Assembly: GCA_963846575.1 (NCBI GenBank)
Contig: CAWJWJ010000001.1
Coordinates: 96,001 to 160,000, forward strand
Direction: 5' to 3'
Origin: an uncultured Nitrospiraceae bacterium
GTDB lineage: Bacteria; Nitrospirota; Nitrospiria; Nitrospirales; Nitrospiraceae
Length of the DNA: 64,000 nt
Notes under the pieces: generated by a model
The model's database searches: none
The model's input: only the letters and a program-made list of their open reading frames with translations
What the model was told of the DNA's origin: nothing
Made by a program: the position numbers and the translations under genes
Shown here: piece after piece, positions 39,872 through 50,177 of the stretch
Layout: each line of letters begins with the position of its first letter
Position numbering within the stretch: position 1 is the stretch's first letter

Positions 39872-41407
39872 TTAGGCCCGCCGCCGCGTAAACAAGTCGG
39901 TCACGGTCTGAATCGTATCCGCCTGTTCAACGGACTTATCCGGGCGATATCGCTTGACCCTGGCGAATCTTAGCGCGAGGCCACCGGGGTAACGGGGGGA
40001 TTCCTGCACGTCGCTGAAGGCAATTTCGGCCACCAGTTCCGGCCTGACATATACGGTGTATTCGTCGCGGTGGGTTTCGAGAGAGAGCAGCTTCTCCGTC
40101 TGCCAGCGTAACAGGTCATCGGTCAGGCCTTTGAACGTTTTGCCCAGCATCACGATGTGGCCGCTGCCGGCGTCCCGCGCGCCGAAGTGGAGATTCGACA
40201 ACCGGCCTTTTCGCCGGCCATGCCCCCATTCGGCAGCTACCACGACGAGATCGAGCGTCGTGGCTTCTTTCAACTTCAACCAATGGGCTCCGCGCTGCCC
40301 GGCCTGATAATCAGCCGTGAGCGATTTCGCCATGATTCCTTCATGGCCGGCTCCTAACGCCTGTTGAAAAAACTGCCTGGCCTCCTCGGCACGCTTCGTC
40401 ACGAGGTATGGCACTATGGCGGCAGGGGCGGCTTCGATGAGGGCTGCACGACGTGCACGATAGGGACTGGCGACCATTGAAGACCCGTCCAGGTACAGCA
40501 AATCGAACAGAAAAGGAGACAGGGGGATTTCGGTCCTGAGCCCCTCGACCTCCCTGCTCCGGCCCAACCGCCGCATGGTGACCTGAAAGGGGTGCGGCCG
40601 GCCATCGGGGCGCAATGCCAACACCTCTCCGTCTAACACCGCCTCACGCATCGGCAGCGTTCGCGCCCACTCCACTAGATCAGGCAACCGATCAGTGACA
40701 TCCTGCAACTGCCGCGTGAAGAGACGGACGTCCTGGCCGCCCTTATGCACCTGGATACGCGCGCCGTCGAGCTTGTACTCCAACGCCGCTTCATTGAGGC
40801 GCGCCAAGGCCTCCTCGACATCGTCCGCGCTACCTGCCAGCATGGGTGAAACCGGGTGGAAGAGACGCAACGTAAAGCGGTCCAGGCCATCAGACCCGTC
40901 CTCCAACGCCGCACGCGCGACCTCGCCGATCCGGCCGGAATACATGAAGGCCCGACGAATGTTCTCCGGTATTCGACCGGCGGCCATCGCGATGGCATCG
41001 AGCAGCAACCCTTCCAAGACGCCCTGGCGAATTTCGCCAACGACCAGCCGGGTAAGAAACTGGCGTTCGTCCGGCGTCGCCCGAACGAAGAGCCGTCCGA
41101 GTTGAACCATTTTTCGCTCGTTCGAACCAGCCCCGCGCTCTGCCGCGACTGCGGCGAAGGCCCGATCGACATCGCCGAGGGACAGCGGTTCGCCGATTGC
41201 CGGTCCCTCCGCCATGATTTTTTGAAGCACCGTCCAGCCCACGCCGATCTTTCCCTGCGGCAGCAATCCGCAGAGGTAGAGGGCCGCCAGTTCTGTATCG
41301 TGCCCCTGCGTCTGCCCCAAGAGCTCCGCAAGGAGACGCACTTTCTCGGTTTTCTTAGGGCTCGTGCGAACCCGCGCAACCACCCTCATGAACTGTGCGA
41401 GATCCAT
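39872..41407 (-). CDS. ligB: ATP-dependent DNA ligase
   Basis: PMLA, EYKLDGAR, LDGE, FDLLYL, EGIMAK, WLKLK, ALRFARV. Confidence 0.9.
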   Translation of the reverse strand: MDLAQFMRVVARVRTSPKKTEKVRLLAELLGQTQGHDTELAALYLCGLLPQGKIGVGWTVLQKIMAEGPAIGEPLSLGDVDRAFAAVAAERGAGSNERKMVQLGRLFVRATPDERQFLTRLVVGEIRQGVLEGLLLDAIAMAAGRIPENIRRAFMYSGRIGEVARAALEDGSDGLDRFTLRLFHPVSPMLAGSADDVEEALARLNEAALEYKLDGARIQVHKGGQDVRLFTRQLQDVTDRLPDLVEWARTLPMREAVLDGEVLALRPDGRPHPFQVTMRRLGRSREVEGLRTEIPLSPFLFDLLYLDGSSMVASPYRARRAALIEAAPAAIVPYLVTKRAEEARQFFQQALGAGHEGIMAKSLTADYQAGQRGAHWLKLKEATTLDLVVVAAEWGHGRRKGRLSNLHFGARDAGSGHIVMLGKTFKGLTDDLLRWQTEKLLSLETHRDEYTVYVRPELVAEIAFSDVQESPRYPGGLALRFARVKRYRPDKSVEQADTIQTVTDLFTRRRA

Positions 41408-41587
41408 GATGCACTCTACCGGCTCGGCGCGGCACGAACAAGCCCGATCCTGTCTCTTCGATCCGGCGGGCTACGTGGCAGTACCCTGTGGTGGCAGTCA
41501 TCCGCGGGAAAAGAGAGTTGAATTAGGCGGCAGAATCACCCAAGCTGGATCAAAACAGGCATGCCACTCATATCCAAGGAGGCTTCT

Positions 41588-42022
41588 ATGCGACAGGTTC
41601 TACTCGCCGGCGTGATCGGTCTGGTGATGCTCAGCACCAGCGGATGTAGCTATCTCTTTTACCCCCATGCCAAGGAATTCACCGCAAAGGCCAAGGGCGA
41701 GAACACGGCCGAGACCCTGATCAATCTGGCTAACATGATGGAAGCCAGCGCCAAAGCCGGGCGAGCCGGCAAGGGGGACGATCAAGCCTTCACTGATCTC
41801 CACAATCAGTTGCATGCCTTCGACGACACGCTCGGTTGCATCGAAAGAGAAAAGCGGGATACGGCGGCCTATTCGCTCACGGTGACACATAACAAGGAGC
41901 TCTGGGCGATTTTTAAGCGGGTCTGGAAATTTAAGGACGACCAACCCCAACGCAGCCAACACCTGGACCTGTTCGCAACAGAGGTACGAGAACTCCGCGA
42001 TTCCGTGCAGGCATTGAAATGA
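41588..42022 (+). CDS. Hypothetical lipoprotein
   Basis: AAGGAGG SD; LSTSGC lipobox. Confidence 0.75.
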   Translation: MRQVLLAGVIGLVMLSTSGCSYLFYPHAKEFTAKAKGENTAETLINLANMMEASAKAGRAGKGDDQAFTDLHNQLHAFDDTLGCIEREKRDTAAYSLTVTHNKELWAIFKRVWKFKDDQPQRSQHLDLFATEVRELRDSVQALK

Positions 42023-42218
42023 TTCGCGCAATGTTGCAGAGTGCGTCACGCCGGATGCGGCCGGCGTGACGCACCGACTGCAACAGCACCGTTGCGCCGG
42101 GAACGCTTCACGAACGTGTTACACACCCCCTCATGATCCGCAATCGATCGTCCGACAGGCAATGATCGATTGCGATGGGTCGGTCTTGTTTTATCCGCAG
42201 GCCTGGCAGGAGCATCGA

Positions 42219-42632
42219 ATGGGGTCGCCTCGGCGCAGGCGCGGTGACAACTTCAGGGATTTTGTGCTGGACCAGCTGAGCGCGATGCCGGACCTCACCG
42301 GCAAAGCCATGTTCGGCGGCTATGGCCTCTACCACGGAGCCAGCTTTTTCGGCATCATCCACAAGGGCCGCCTCTTTTTCAAAACCCATGACCTGACGCA
42401 GCCGCTCTATAGGTCGCGGGGCATGGAACCGTTCCGTCCCGGGGCGCGGCAGACGCTCGCCCGATATTACGAGGTGCCAGTAGATATTCTTGAGGATCCG
42501 CGGGATCTGACAGCCTGGGCTCGCCATGCCGCCATCGCACCCAGTGCCCAGCTCATGCTCCCGTTCAACGCTCCACCGACGAACGGCTTCAGCTATGAAG
42601 ACCTGACCCTGATACAGGGGTCAGAACCATAA
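42219..42632 (+). CDS. TfoX/Sxy N-terminal domain protein
   Basis: KAMFGGYGLY, LFFK, YYEVP. Confidence 0.85.
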   Translation: MGSPRRRRGDNFRDFVLDQLSAMPDLTGKAMFGGYGLYHGASFFGIIHKGRLFFKTHDLTQPLYRSRGMEPFRPGARQTLARYYEVPVDILEDPRDLTAWARHAAIAPSAQLMLPFNAPPTNGFSYEDLTLIQGSEP

Positions 42633-42648
42633 TGGTGGGGAGCCCGGC

Positions 42649-43215
42649 ATGAATCGGCCGATCACCCCGTCGACCCTCTGGACCATCGGCCACTCGACTC
42701 GTTCCAGCGAGGAATTTCTTGCCCTGTTAACAGCCCAGGAGAGCTCACGGTTGGTCGATGTGCGGCGTTTTCCGGGATCGCGACGATACCCGCACTTCCA
42801 CTCCGACGCGCTGGCGGAGAGTCTGACCGACGCAGGGATCGAGTATCGACACCTGCCGACTTTGGGTGGCCGGCGAACGGCCAGGCGGGACTCACCGAAT
42901 GACGGATGGAAGAATGCCGGCTTTCGCGGCTATGCCGACTACATGGAAACGGAAGAATTCCAGGCCGCCCTTCGCGAACTCATCACTCTGGCTTCCGGAT
43001 CGCGAACGGTCATCATGTGCGCAGAAGCGGTGCCGTGGCGTTGTCATCGATCGCTGGTGGCAGACGCCCTCGTCACACGCGGGTGGGAGATCGTTCATAT
43101 CATGGGGCCGGGACAGGTCCACCACCACCGCCTCACGGCCTTTGCCGTGCTGCAGGGGGAGCGGCTGCGCTATCCCGCGCCTCCCGACCAGGAAGTTCCA
43201 CCCCGTCTGTTCTGA
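42649..43215 (+). CDS. DUF488 family protein
   Basis: TIGHSTR, LVDVRRFP, LGGRR, MCAEAVPWRCHR. Confidence 0.88.
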   Translation: MNRPITPSTLWTIGHSTRSSEEFLALLTAQESSRLVDVRRFPGSRRYPHFHSDALAESLTDAGIEYRHLPTLGGRRTARRDSPNDGWKNAGFRGYADYMETEEFQAALRELITLASGSRTVIMCAEAVPWRCHRSLVADALVTRGWEIVHIMGPGQVHHHRLTAFAVLQGERLRYPAPPDQEVPPRLF

Positions 43216-43265
43216 TTCGAACGCTTCGATTGCTTTCATGCCTGCGGCTCTGCAAACTGACAGCG

Positions 43266-43640
43266 ATGTGGAATCGACTGGGCGCTGATGTTGTCGTGCT
43301 GCTCCACGTGGCGTTCGTGTTGTTCGTCGTCGCCGGAGGCCTGTTGGTTCTGAAATGGCCGCGACTGGTCTGGCTGCACCTTCCGGCTGCGGCCTGGGGA
43401 GCGTTCGTCGAATTTACCGGCTGGATCTGTCCGCTCACCCCCCTGGAAAACCTGCTGCGAACCCGGGCCGGCGGCGACGCCTACGACTCCGACTTCATCG
43501 CGCGGTACATTCTGCCTCTGCTCTATCCGGCTGAACTGACGAGGGGGACACAACTGATGCTTGGGATGATCGTGGTCGGCGTCAATGTCCTGGCCTACGG
43601 CTGGGTATGGCGGCAGCAGGCGGGGCGGAGCCGTGGTTAG
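43266..43640 (+). CDS. DUF2784 membrane protein
   Basis: ADVVVLLH, WLHLPAAAWG, CPLTPLEN. Confidence 0.85.
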   Translation: MWNRLGADVVVLLHVAFVLFVVAGGLLVLKWPRLVWLHLPAAAWGAFVEFTGWICPLTPLENLLRTRAGGDAYDSDFIARYILPLLYPAELTRGTQLMLGMIVVGVNVLAYGWVWRQQAGRSRG

Positions 43641-43673
43641 GGTTCCGTCTTGATTCGGCGGGGCCCAGGGCAG

Positions 43674-44987
43674 TCAGGCCGCCTGCGAGGTCTTCGCGAC
43701 ATCCTGGGCCAGACGCACTTCCCTCAGACCGGTTTGGATGAACGAAAGATTCACCACCCAGGCTACGAAACCCAGAATAATGTACTTCATGAAGAAGGGC
43801 AGATAGAACGGCGCATTCCAAGCCATGTGGAGGGACATGGCCAACAGGAAGATCCGAACGAATTGTGGATCCCGCAGGACCTCGATGTTGAACGCCCGAT
43901 CGCCCCGCGCCCGCCAGAGTGCCGCCCCCACCATGGAGGTCCATACGACATGGAGGCCTAACATGCTGAGCAGGCCCCGCAGCGTAATGGTGTGCAACAT
44001 CGCCGACTGGCCATTACTCAGCTCGATCAACAGTGCAAATCCTGCCGACTCGAAGGCCGAAAATCCCGTCCCCACGGCTGCACCGAACAGCAATCCGTTC
44101 AGGGTCCAACGGTATTTTGTTTTGTTGATGACGAGAAACAACGCCGCTGCCTTGCCGACCTCCTCGATGATTCCCGCGGCCATGGCCCCCAGCCAGGCTC
44201 CCAGCTCCGTCCACTGAAATAGAAACAGCGAGAGCAGCAGCGACGTCACTCCCCCGAGCAGGACGAGTTTCACGACCTGGTAGAGGGACACGTTCCGCAG
44301 GACGTTCATTTCGAAAAAGAAGATCAGAAGGGAAACCGGGATCAGAAACGTGCCCGTGATGATCAGCCCCGGAAGGAGTTTCGGGTTATGAAACTGCTGG
44401 AACGCAAACACAAAACACACGTACACCAGGACCGAGAAGGTAAAGGTCTTGAAGAACACCCACGGTTTGGGCCAATTGGTGTTGACAGACGATAAGGGGG
44501 GCGTCGTGGAGGGAGTCCCCACGGTAAAGTGTTCTTCTACATGCTCGTCGGACCGGGAATGAAAGACCTCGGAGAACATCTCCCGCGCGTTGAAACCCTG
44601 GATCCGCTCCACTCCCGCCACTGAACTGATGCGACCGGTAATGTCTTCCAACCAACCTTCTGCCGGGGTGCTGGCAGCGGCTACACCGAGGTGCCACAGC
44701 GACCGGCCGATACGCAGCTGCTGTCCCGGCAGGATGCCGACTTCCTGCGTGCGTTGCCCATCGACGAAAAGCGCGGCATCCCCGATGGTTCTGCACAGGG
44801 GTCTTCCCCCCTGCAACTGGAAGAGGACATGCCGGTCGTTGACGTCCTGGTCATCGCTGAGGAGATCGCAGTGGACCGACCGGCCCAACGTGGATTCGGC
44901 TTCTCTCAAAACCAGGCGCTTGCCCTGATCAGGCCCAGAAAAGCAGGTGAGGATGATTGGGCCTGGAGCGGGACGAGTCTGGTCCAT
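43674..44987 (-). CDS. FHA-domain PrsW-family intramembrane protease
   Basis: TLGRS..CD....D..V...H FHA; IIEEVGK, GFSAFES, HVVWT, LHMAWN. Confidence 0.85.
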   Translation of the reverse strand: MDQTRPAPGPIILTCFSGPDQGKRLVLREAESTLGRSVHCDLLSDDQDVNDRHVLFQLQGGRPLCRTIGDAALFVDGQRTQEVGILPGQQLRIGRSLWHLGVAAASTPAEGWLEDITGRISSVAGVERIQGFNAREMFSEVFHSRSDEHVEEHFTVGTPSTTPPLSSVNTNWPKPWVFFKTFTFSVLVYVCFVFAFQQFHNPKLLPGLIITGTFLIPVSLLIFFFEMNVLRNVSLYQVVKLVLLGGVTSLLLSLFLFQWTELGAWLGAMAAGIIEEVGKAAALFLVINKTKYRWTLNGLLFGAAVGTGFSAFESAGFALLIELSNGQSAMLHTITLRGLLSMLGLHVVWTSMVGAALWRARGDRAFNIEVLRDPQFVRIFLLAMSLHMAWNAPFYLPFFMKYIILGFVAWVVNLSFIQTGLREVRLAQDVAKTSQAA

Positions 44988-45354
44988 GGCAACCCTCTCA
45001 GGGTTAGGGAACCGATAGCAGTTAACAGCCACAGAACTGAGTAAGGCAGGCTAGTGTCCTTTTCTGAGACAGGCTCTGTCAAGTTCTCCGCCCGCTGGGC
45101 CGGATGAAGGGTGACATCATCGAGACCGATGACCTCGCTGCGGTAGCTGACAGCGACTCTTTGCCAGTGGCCGGAGCAGCCCCCCCGTGCGCCGGCCACC
45201 CCCCTCGCACCATCCCTGACACAATGGGGCCGGTCGCAAGACCATTACCCTCTCGACACCGTAGTTTTGAACCATTAGCGCCACGGACATCCATTCCGAT
45301 ATAGTCAGCCCACCGACCGAGGCCGTCGGCACCTTTTAACGGAGCAGGACCGCC

Positions 45355-46740
45355 GTGGGCACTCAATCCCGACCAATGACAGTTCGTGCAGGCGTAGTAG
45401 CCCTCGTCGCGGTTGGGATTCTCGGCCTCGCAGGCCTCGTCTGGTTTGCCGATCGATACGATGACCGGCCCCGCCAGGCGGTTGACTTGACGGTCTTTGC
45501 GGAAGACGCGTATCCCGAGAATCCTGAGCTTATAAGCCAGGCCTTCGGAAAGTATCCCCATCGCCAGTTGATCATCCAGCAACTCGGAGACAGTCGCTTC
45601 CGCCTCCTCCTGCAGCCTGCGGCACCCCAGGCTGCCGCCGTCGACCTGACCGATATCGACCTGGCGCATTTCGTCGCGGCAGTGCCCGCCTATACGAAGG
45701 CCGATGCGGATCTGACCCGGGTGGGATTGATCGACCGTGAGTGGAACCGTCAGCAAGTTCGTTTTGCGCGGCACTCCCCTCACGTGCACGTGCGCAAGGG
45801 AGGCGACGGGTTCGAGCAACGAGCACTGAGCCGCATCGACCTTGCCCGTAACTGCCTGAACGCCGGTTTATGGGAAGTGATACTCTTCACCACGGAAGCG
45901 GGCGAGGAGCGGGTTTATGAACATCTCTGGTTCACGTTCCCGTTGGGGCTGTACAAGATGCTCTTCGAACGCGTGAACGGCCTGTCCTACTGGTCACACT
46001 GGTGGTCGCTCGAGCATTGGACCGATCCGTCGGGCACGCGGATCCCGATGGACCGGATTCGGACGGTCGAACGGCAATGGCTGGTTCACGCTAAACCAGG
46101 CTGGGACGAGCCTGTCGCAATGCAGGGAGAGCAAGCCCGGAAGCAGAAGAACATTCTGACGCCCATCCCCGAGACCTACCGGGACTGGTATAGCCGGCCG
46201 GTGCGGTTCGCCAGCTTCATTCCGCCGGGACGGTATTCCCGGGCACACCTCCGCGATACCGAACTGCACTACCTCGCCGATCTGGCTGGTGCGACCCTGC
46301 GGCAGGTGACCGTCGTCGAAAACCCCCGCCCTCTCCTGGAGATTGACCTCGCCTTTCGCAGCAGCAAGACCGGTGAAGCGACCCGGCTCATCCTTGGCGG
46401 ACTCGATGGGTCTGCCATTCCGGTGTTGCCATCAGCCCATTACGATCGTGGGTGGCAGGTCCCCCTTGGGATCGGTAATCCCGGATTCTTTGAGTCCTAC
46501 GAACAGCTGGCCGCCCATCCTCCCGTCGAACGAAGTTTCTACGGATTCCATTTAGATAGAGAAGACCGTTGGCTGAATCACCATGCCATCGGCGTCGACG
46601 GGCCGCTCTTGCATTGGGACGCCGATAATCCCTCGCTGCTCCATCTCTATCTTCTGAGTTACGAACGTCATGCGCTCTTGAACCACATCGTCCTCACAAT
46701 GCCGCCGGATCTCGTGAATCCCTCCGCTCGCATTCACTGA
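45355..46740 (+). CDS. Membrane-anchored periplasmic hypothetical protein
   Basis: N-terminal TM segment; long aromatic-rich ORF. Confidence 0.7.
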   Translation: MGTQSRPMTVRAGVVALVAVGILGLAGLVWFADRYDDRPRQAVDLTVFAEDAYPENPELISQAFGKYPHRQLIIQQLGDSRFRLLLQPAAPQAAAVDLTDIDLAHFVAAVPAYTKADADLTRVGLIDREWNRQQVRFARHSPHVHVRKGGDGFEQRALSRIDLARNCLNAGLWEVILFTTEAGEERVYEHLWFTFPLGLYKMLFERVNGLSYWSHWWSLEHWTDPSGTRIPMDRIRTVERQWLVHAKPGWDEPVAMQGEQARKQKNILTPIPETYRDWYSRPVRFASFIPPGRYSRAHLRDTELHYLADLAGATLRQVTVVENPRPLLEIDLAFRSSKTGEATRLILGGLDGSAIPVLPSAHYDRGWQVPLGIGNPGFFESYEQLAAHPPVERSFYGFHLDREDRWLNHHAIGVDGPLLHWDADNPSLLHLYLLSYERHALLNHIVLTMPPDLVNPSARIH

Positions 46741-46803
46741 AGTCAGGGATCGGACGGACATCGCGCGCATCCCTCGCCTGCCCGTAAACTCGGGCACAAG
46801 ATC

Positions 46804-47664
46804 TTAAACCGAGTTCGTGACCGGACGATTCACGAAGGCCGTAATGTGGTCCGCTACCGCCTGGGGTTGGTCAAACATCACGAAATGCCGCGCATCTTTA
46901 ATGCGGATCAGTTCCGCTTGCGGGATGTCCCGTGCCAGCCGCTCCCCGAACCGCACGGCTTGGAACCCATCATCTTCTCCCCAGAGGACCCGAGTCGGGA
47001 TACGCAGCCGGGGAAGGAGCGGGGTGAGTTCGGTCGTCAAATTGGTGTTCAAGGAGGCTGCATTGCGAATCAGCGAGAGTTTCCCGACTTCAGTCCGGTA
47101 GGGAGCCAGGAGCCCGGACATCAGTTCGTCATCAGGAGATGAGTGGAAGCCCTGCTTCAAGGCCTGCCCCAAGAGCGTGAGTAAAGTTGACGCGGCCAGT
47201 TTGCGGCGCGTCTCGGGATGTCCCATCTGCAACATGGCCTCTATGGGCCAGGAGTCGTAACAGACGTTATTGAGGAGGCAGAGTTTCGAAACCCGCTCGG
47301 GCGAGCCGGTGGCGAGTCGCAGAGCGACGCCGCCCCCGATATCGTGGGCGATCACAGTGGCGGAGGCAATACCCATGGCGTCCATCCATTGCTCCAGCAT
47401 GCAGGCCTGCGCATGAATCGAGCGGTCGAAGCGGTCTCCCTTGTCGGAGAATCCGAAGCCCACGAGATCCGGGACGAGAACCCGGTGCTGAGGGGACAAC
47501 ACTGGCAATAACCGGTGCCAAAGATAGCCCCAGGTGGGAATACCATGGATCAGGATGATCGGCTCCCCCCTGCCCTGATCTACGTAGCTGACAAAGCGGT
47601 CGCCGATTTCCGTCACACGCTGCAGCGCCTGAAAGGTGCGCCACGGTATAAATCCGCCGAGCAT
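46804..47664 (-). CDS. Alpha/beta hydrolase with Asp nucleophile (epoxide hydrolase/dehalogenase-like)
   Basis: HGIPTW, PDLVGFGFSD, AHDIGG, ARHFV; start overlaps the upstream stop. Confidence 0.85.
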   Translation of the reverse strand: MLGGFIPWRTFQALQRVTEIGDRFVSYVDQGRGEPIILIHGIPTWGYLWHRLLPVLSPQHRVLVPDLVGFGFSDKGDRFDRSIHAQACMLEQWMDAMGIASATVIAHDIGGGVALRLATGSPERVSKLCLLNNVCYDSWPIEAMLQMGHPETRRKLAASTLLTLLGQALKQGFHSSPDDELMSGLLAPYRTEVGKLSLIRNAASLNTNLTTELTPLLPRLRIPTRVLWGEDDGFQAVRFGERLARDIPQAELIRIKDARHFVMFDQPQAVADHITAFVNRPVTNSV

Positions 47665-48551
47665 CACGCACCTCCTATCGGAAATGGTGAACGCCGGAGG
47701 AGATCCGGCGGTTGCCAATCCAGTCCCATCAAGGCCACGTTGAGCAGAAGCGGGGGCAAGAGCCGTTCGAATCCGGTCGTCTTCTCCTTCACCTCAGCCG
47801 CCGATTCGACCTCGTCATCGAACTTCGTATGTAAGAGCCTCACCGGACAGGGAAGGGAGCGGGCCAGTTCTCCGGAGTAACGTTGAATCTCGAGAGCGGC
47901 ACTCCGGTAGGACGGTTGTTCGCTGCATGGTTTCAACTGCTGCCATACCATGGCCAGATAGTCCGGCCACAGCGCGAAGGTCCGGTAGTCACTATTGATC
48001 GAAGCCAGCGCGTAGTGTGTCGTGATCTCTCCGAAGACGGTGTTAATTCTGTCATCGTCCGGCTCATCCGTGACCATCTCCATCGGATACATGCCTGGTG
48101 GCTGCCCCCGTGGAATCGAGTTCTCGTCCCCGTCCGGTCGCACACTGCCATCAAATGGCATCTGACCTTCCAGGGCCAGCCGCAACGCCGACGTCAGGAG
48201 CAGGAGCTTGGGATTGATGTAGTGATAGAGCAGGAGGGCCTGTTCGATCTGATAGGCCTGACTCGGTCCGAGGGCGACCCTCGATGGCACGTCGAGCCGC
48301 GTCATGGACGAGGCCAGCTCGACGGTCCGTTCCCGCAGCTGATCAGCCGCTTGCTCAAACGTCCGGCTGCTAACCGCCGGTCTGAGGGCTTTCCACATGA
48401 CAGGCAATGCGTTGGTATAACCCGCCCAGGTTCGAAAGATGAGATTGACCCCCGTCACACGCAAAGTTTGACGAATGTCGTGGTACAGGTCGTCGATCTC
48501 ATCGGAGGCATCATGTTCGGCAATCACGCGCCTACCCCCGAAGTTCAGCAT
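47664..48551 (-). CDS. DehI-family (group I) halocarboxylic acid dehalogenase-like protein
   Basis: YHDIRQTLRV..VN..FR, YHYINPKLLL, INSDYR..ALWPDYL; internal two-fold repeat. Confidence 0.7.
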   Translation of the reverse strand: MLNFGGRRVIAEHDASDEIDDLYHDIRQTLRVTGVNLIFRTWAGYTNALPVMWKALRPAVSSRTFEQAADQLRERTVELASSMTRLDVPSRVALGPSQAYQIEQALLLYHYINPKLLLLTSALRLALEGQMPFDGSVRPDGDENSIPRGQPPGMYPMEMVTDEPDDDRINTVFGEITTHYALASINSDYRTFALWPDYLAMVWQQLKPCSEQPSYRSAALEIQRYSGELARSLPCPVRLLHTKFDDEVESAAEVKEKTTGFERLLPPLLLNVALMGLDWQPPDLLRRSPFPIGGA

Positions 48552-48958
48552 GGACAGCTCCTTTCAAACCCCTATCGAGACAGACAGGATGTAGCCTGTT
48601 GTTCCAGTGGGAAAACCAGAAAGGAGCAAAACATGTACCGGGACGCTAGATTTGGAAGGGCGCGGAAGGTTTGAGGAGAATTTACGCGGGCGCACCCTCT
48701 GTCTCTTCTTCGGGACAAACTGTCCCCGATGGCACAGCCTGTCGGGGATCTGCCTTGTGTCCCGGCACCTCAGATTGCCGTGTTACAAAAGAGTTGGCTC
48801 CCTCACTCTTCATCGGACGATGACGCGACGCAAGTCGGTGCGGCCATCGTATGATTCCATTATCCGGTTCGCCTACTACAAAAACGAGATTGACCTTTAT
48901 GAGAATGATCGGTGCATAATTGTGCCCCGGCGGAGTATCACAACGGGTGAGGAAGACC

Positions 48959-50146
48959 ATGGCAACAGAAGACATCACGCAGAAAGTCAGTGACCGATAT
49001 GCCAGGGCGGCGGCGACGGGCGAACAGATGTGCTGCCCCACTGGATACGACTTTACCGACCTCAAATCCTTTGTCCCGGAAGAAGTCCTCACGATCTCCT
49101 ACGGGTGCGGAACTCCTGCCGGCCTGAACACCGTTCAACCTGGAGAAACCGTCCTGGACATCGGTTCCGGCGGTGGCATCGATTGCTTCGAAGCTGCTCG
49201 TCGCGTGGGCCCGACCGGCAGGGTGATCGGGATCGACATGACCGAGACCATGTTAGAGATCGCCCGGCGCAATGCTCCCATCGTCGCCGCGAACTTAGGG
49301 TATGAGGCCTCGAATATCGAGTTCCGCAAAGGCCTGGCCGATGCCATGCCGGTCGAGGATGCGAGCATCGACCTGATCATTTCCAATTGCGTGATCAATC
49401 TGGCACCCGACAAGCGCAAGGTGTTCCGTGACATGTTTCGCGTCCTCAAAACGGGGGGACGGTTTACGATTTCGGACATCGTGGCTGATCAGGTTGTCCC
49501 GCAGTATCTGGTGAACGATTCAGCCAAATGGGGCGATTGCCTCTCCGGCGCTTTGCAAGTCCAGGACTACATCGGCGGGATGGTGGATGCCGGCTTCCAC
49601 GCCGTGCATCAAGTGAAGTCTACGCCCTGGCAATCGATCGACGGCATCCATTTCCTATCGGTCACGCTCACTGGCTACAAGTTCGCCCCCCTCTCCGACC
49701 ATGAGGCGCCGCTCTATGCCACCCTGCGCGGGCCCTTTTCCGCAGCGACCGATGAACTGGGTCAGCAGTATCGACGGGGCGTTCCGCAATCCATCGATGC
49801 CCGCACTGCCCAACTCTTGCAGAGCCCGCCGCTTCAATCACTGTTCATCATTACCTCCACGCCGACCCCCCTCGAACCGACGGATCCGCGCTGGTGCGCC
49901 CTGTTGCCGGAGGCCACACCCTGCGTCTGGAGGGGGGACTATGCCATTCTCACCGGTCCGATCATCCAGGCGGAAGACGACGATCACCACCAGTACTACC
50001 GCGGAGTCCCGCTCGAAGTCTGTGGGAAAACCACCCACGTTCTGACGCAAGACGCCTATCGGTCCCACTTCACGATCTATAATCGGGCGTCTACGGGCGT
50101 GACCGGCAGCGAAGTCATGTGCGGCCCCACCGGCAACTGTTGCTGA
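48959..50146 (+). CDS. arsM: Long arsenite methyltransferase (ArsM-like) partner of ArsS
   Basis: MCCP, SYGCG, LDIGSGGG, GIDMT, ISNCVINL, WGDCLSGA; C-terminal extension ending in CC. Confidence 0.75.
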   Translation: MATEDITQKVSDRYARAAATGEQMCCPTGYDFTDLKSFVPEEVLTISYGCGTPAGLNTVQPGETVLDIGSGGGIDCFEAARRVGPTGRVIGIDMTETMLEIARRNAPIVAANLGYEASNIEFRKGLADAMPVEDASIDLIISNCVINLAPDKRKVFRDMFRVLKTGGRFTISDIVADQVVPQYLVNDSAKWGDCLSGALQVQDYIGGMVDAGFHAVHQVKSTPWQSIDGIHFLSVTLTGYKFAPLSDHEAPLYATLRGPFSAATDELGQQYRRGVPQSIDARTAQLLQSPPLQSLFIITSTPTPLEPTDPRWCALLPEATPCVWRGDYAILTGPIIQAEDDDHHQYYRGVPLEVCGKTTHVLTQDAYRSHFTIYNRASTGVTGSEVMCGPTGNCC

Positions 50147-50177
50147 TACTGCAGGGGAAGAGGAAAGGATCGATCCG

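Noticed and set aside
39872..41407. NHEJ locus
   Set aside because: No Ku gene or LigD polymerase/phosphoesterase domains in the window
50135..50152. TGT TGC TGA TAC TGC as possible selenocysteine readthrough in the long ArsM
   Set aside because: Terminal CC is typical of ars proteins, no convincing SECIS was seen, and readthrough would overlap the arsS start. ArsS itself has Cys (TGC) in GSSCGG.
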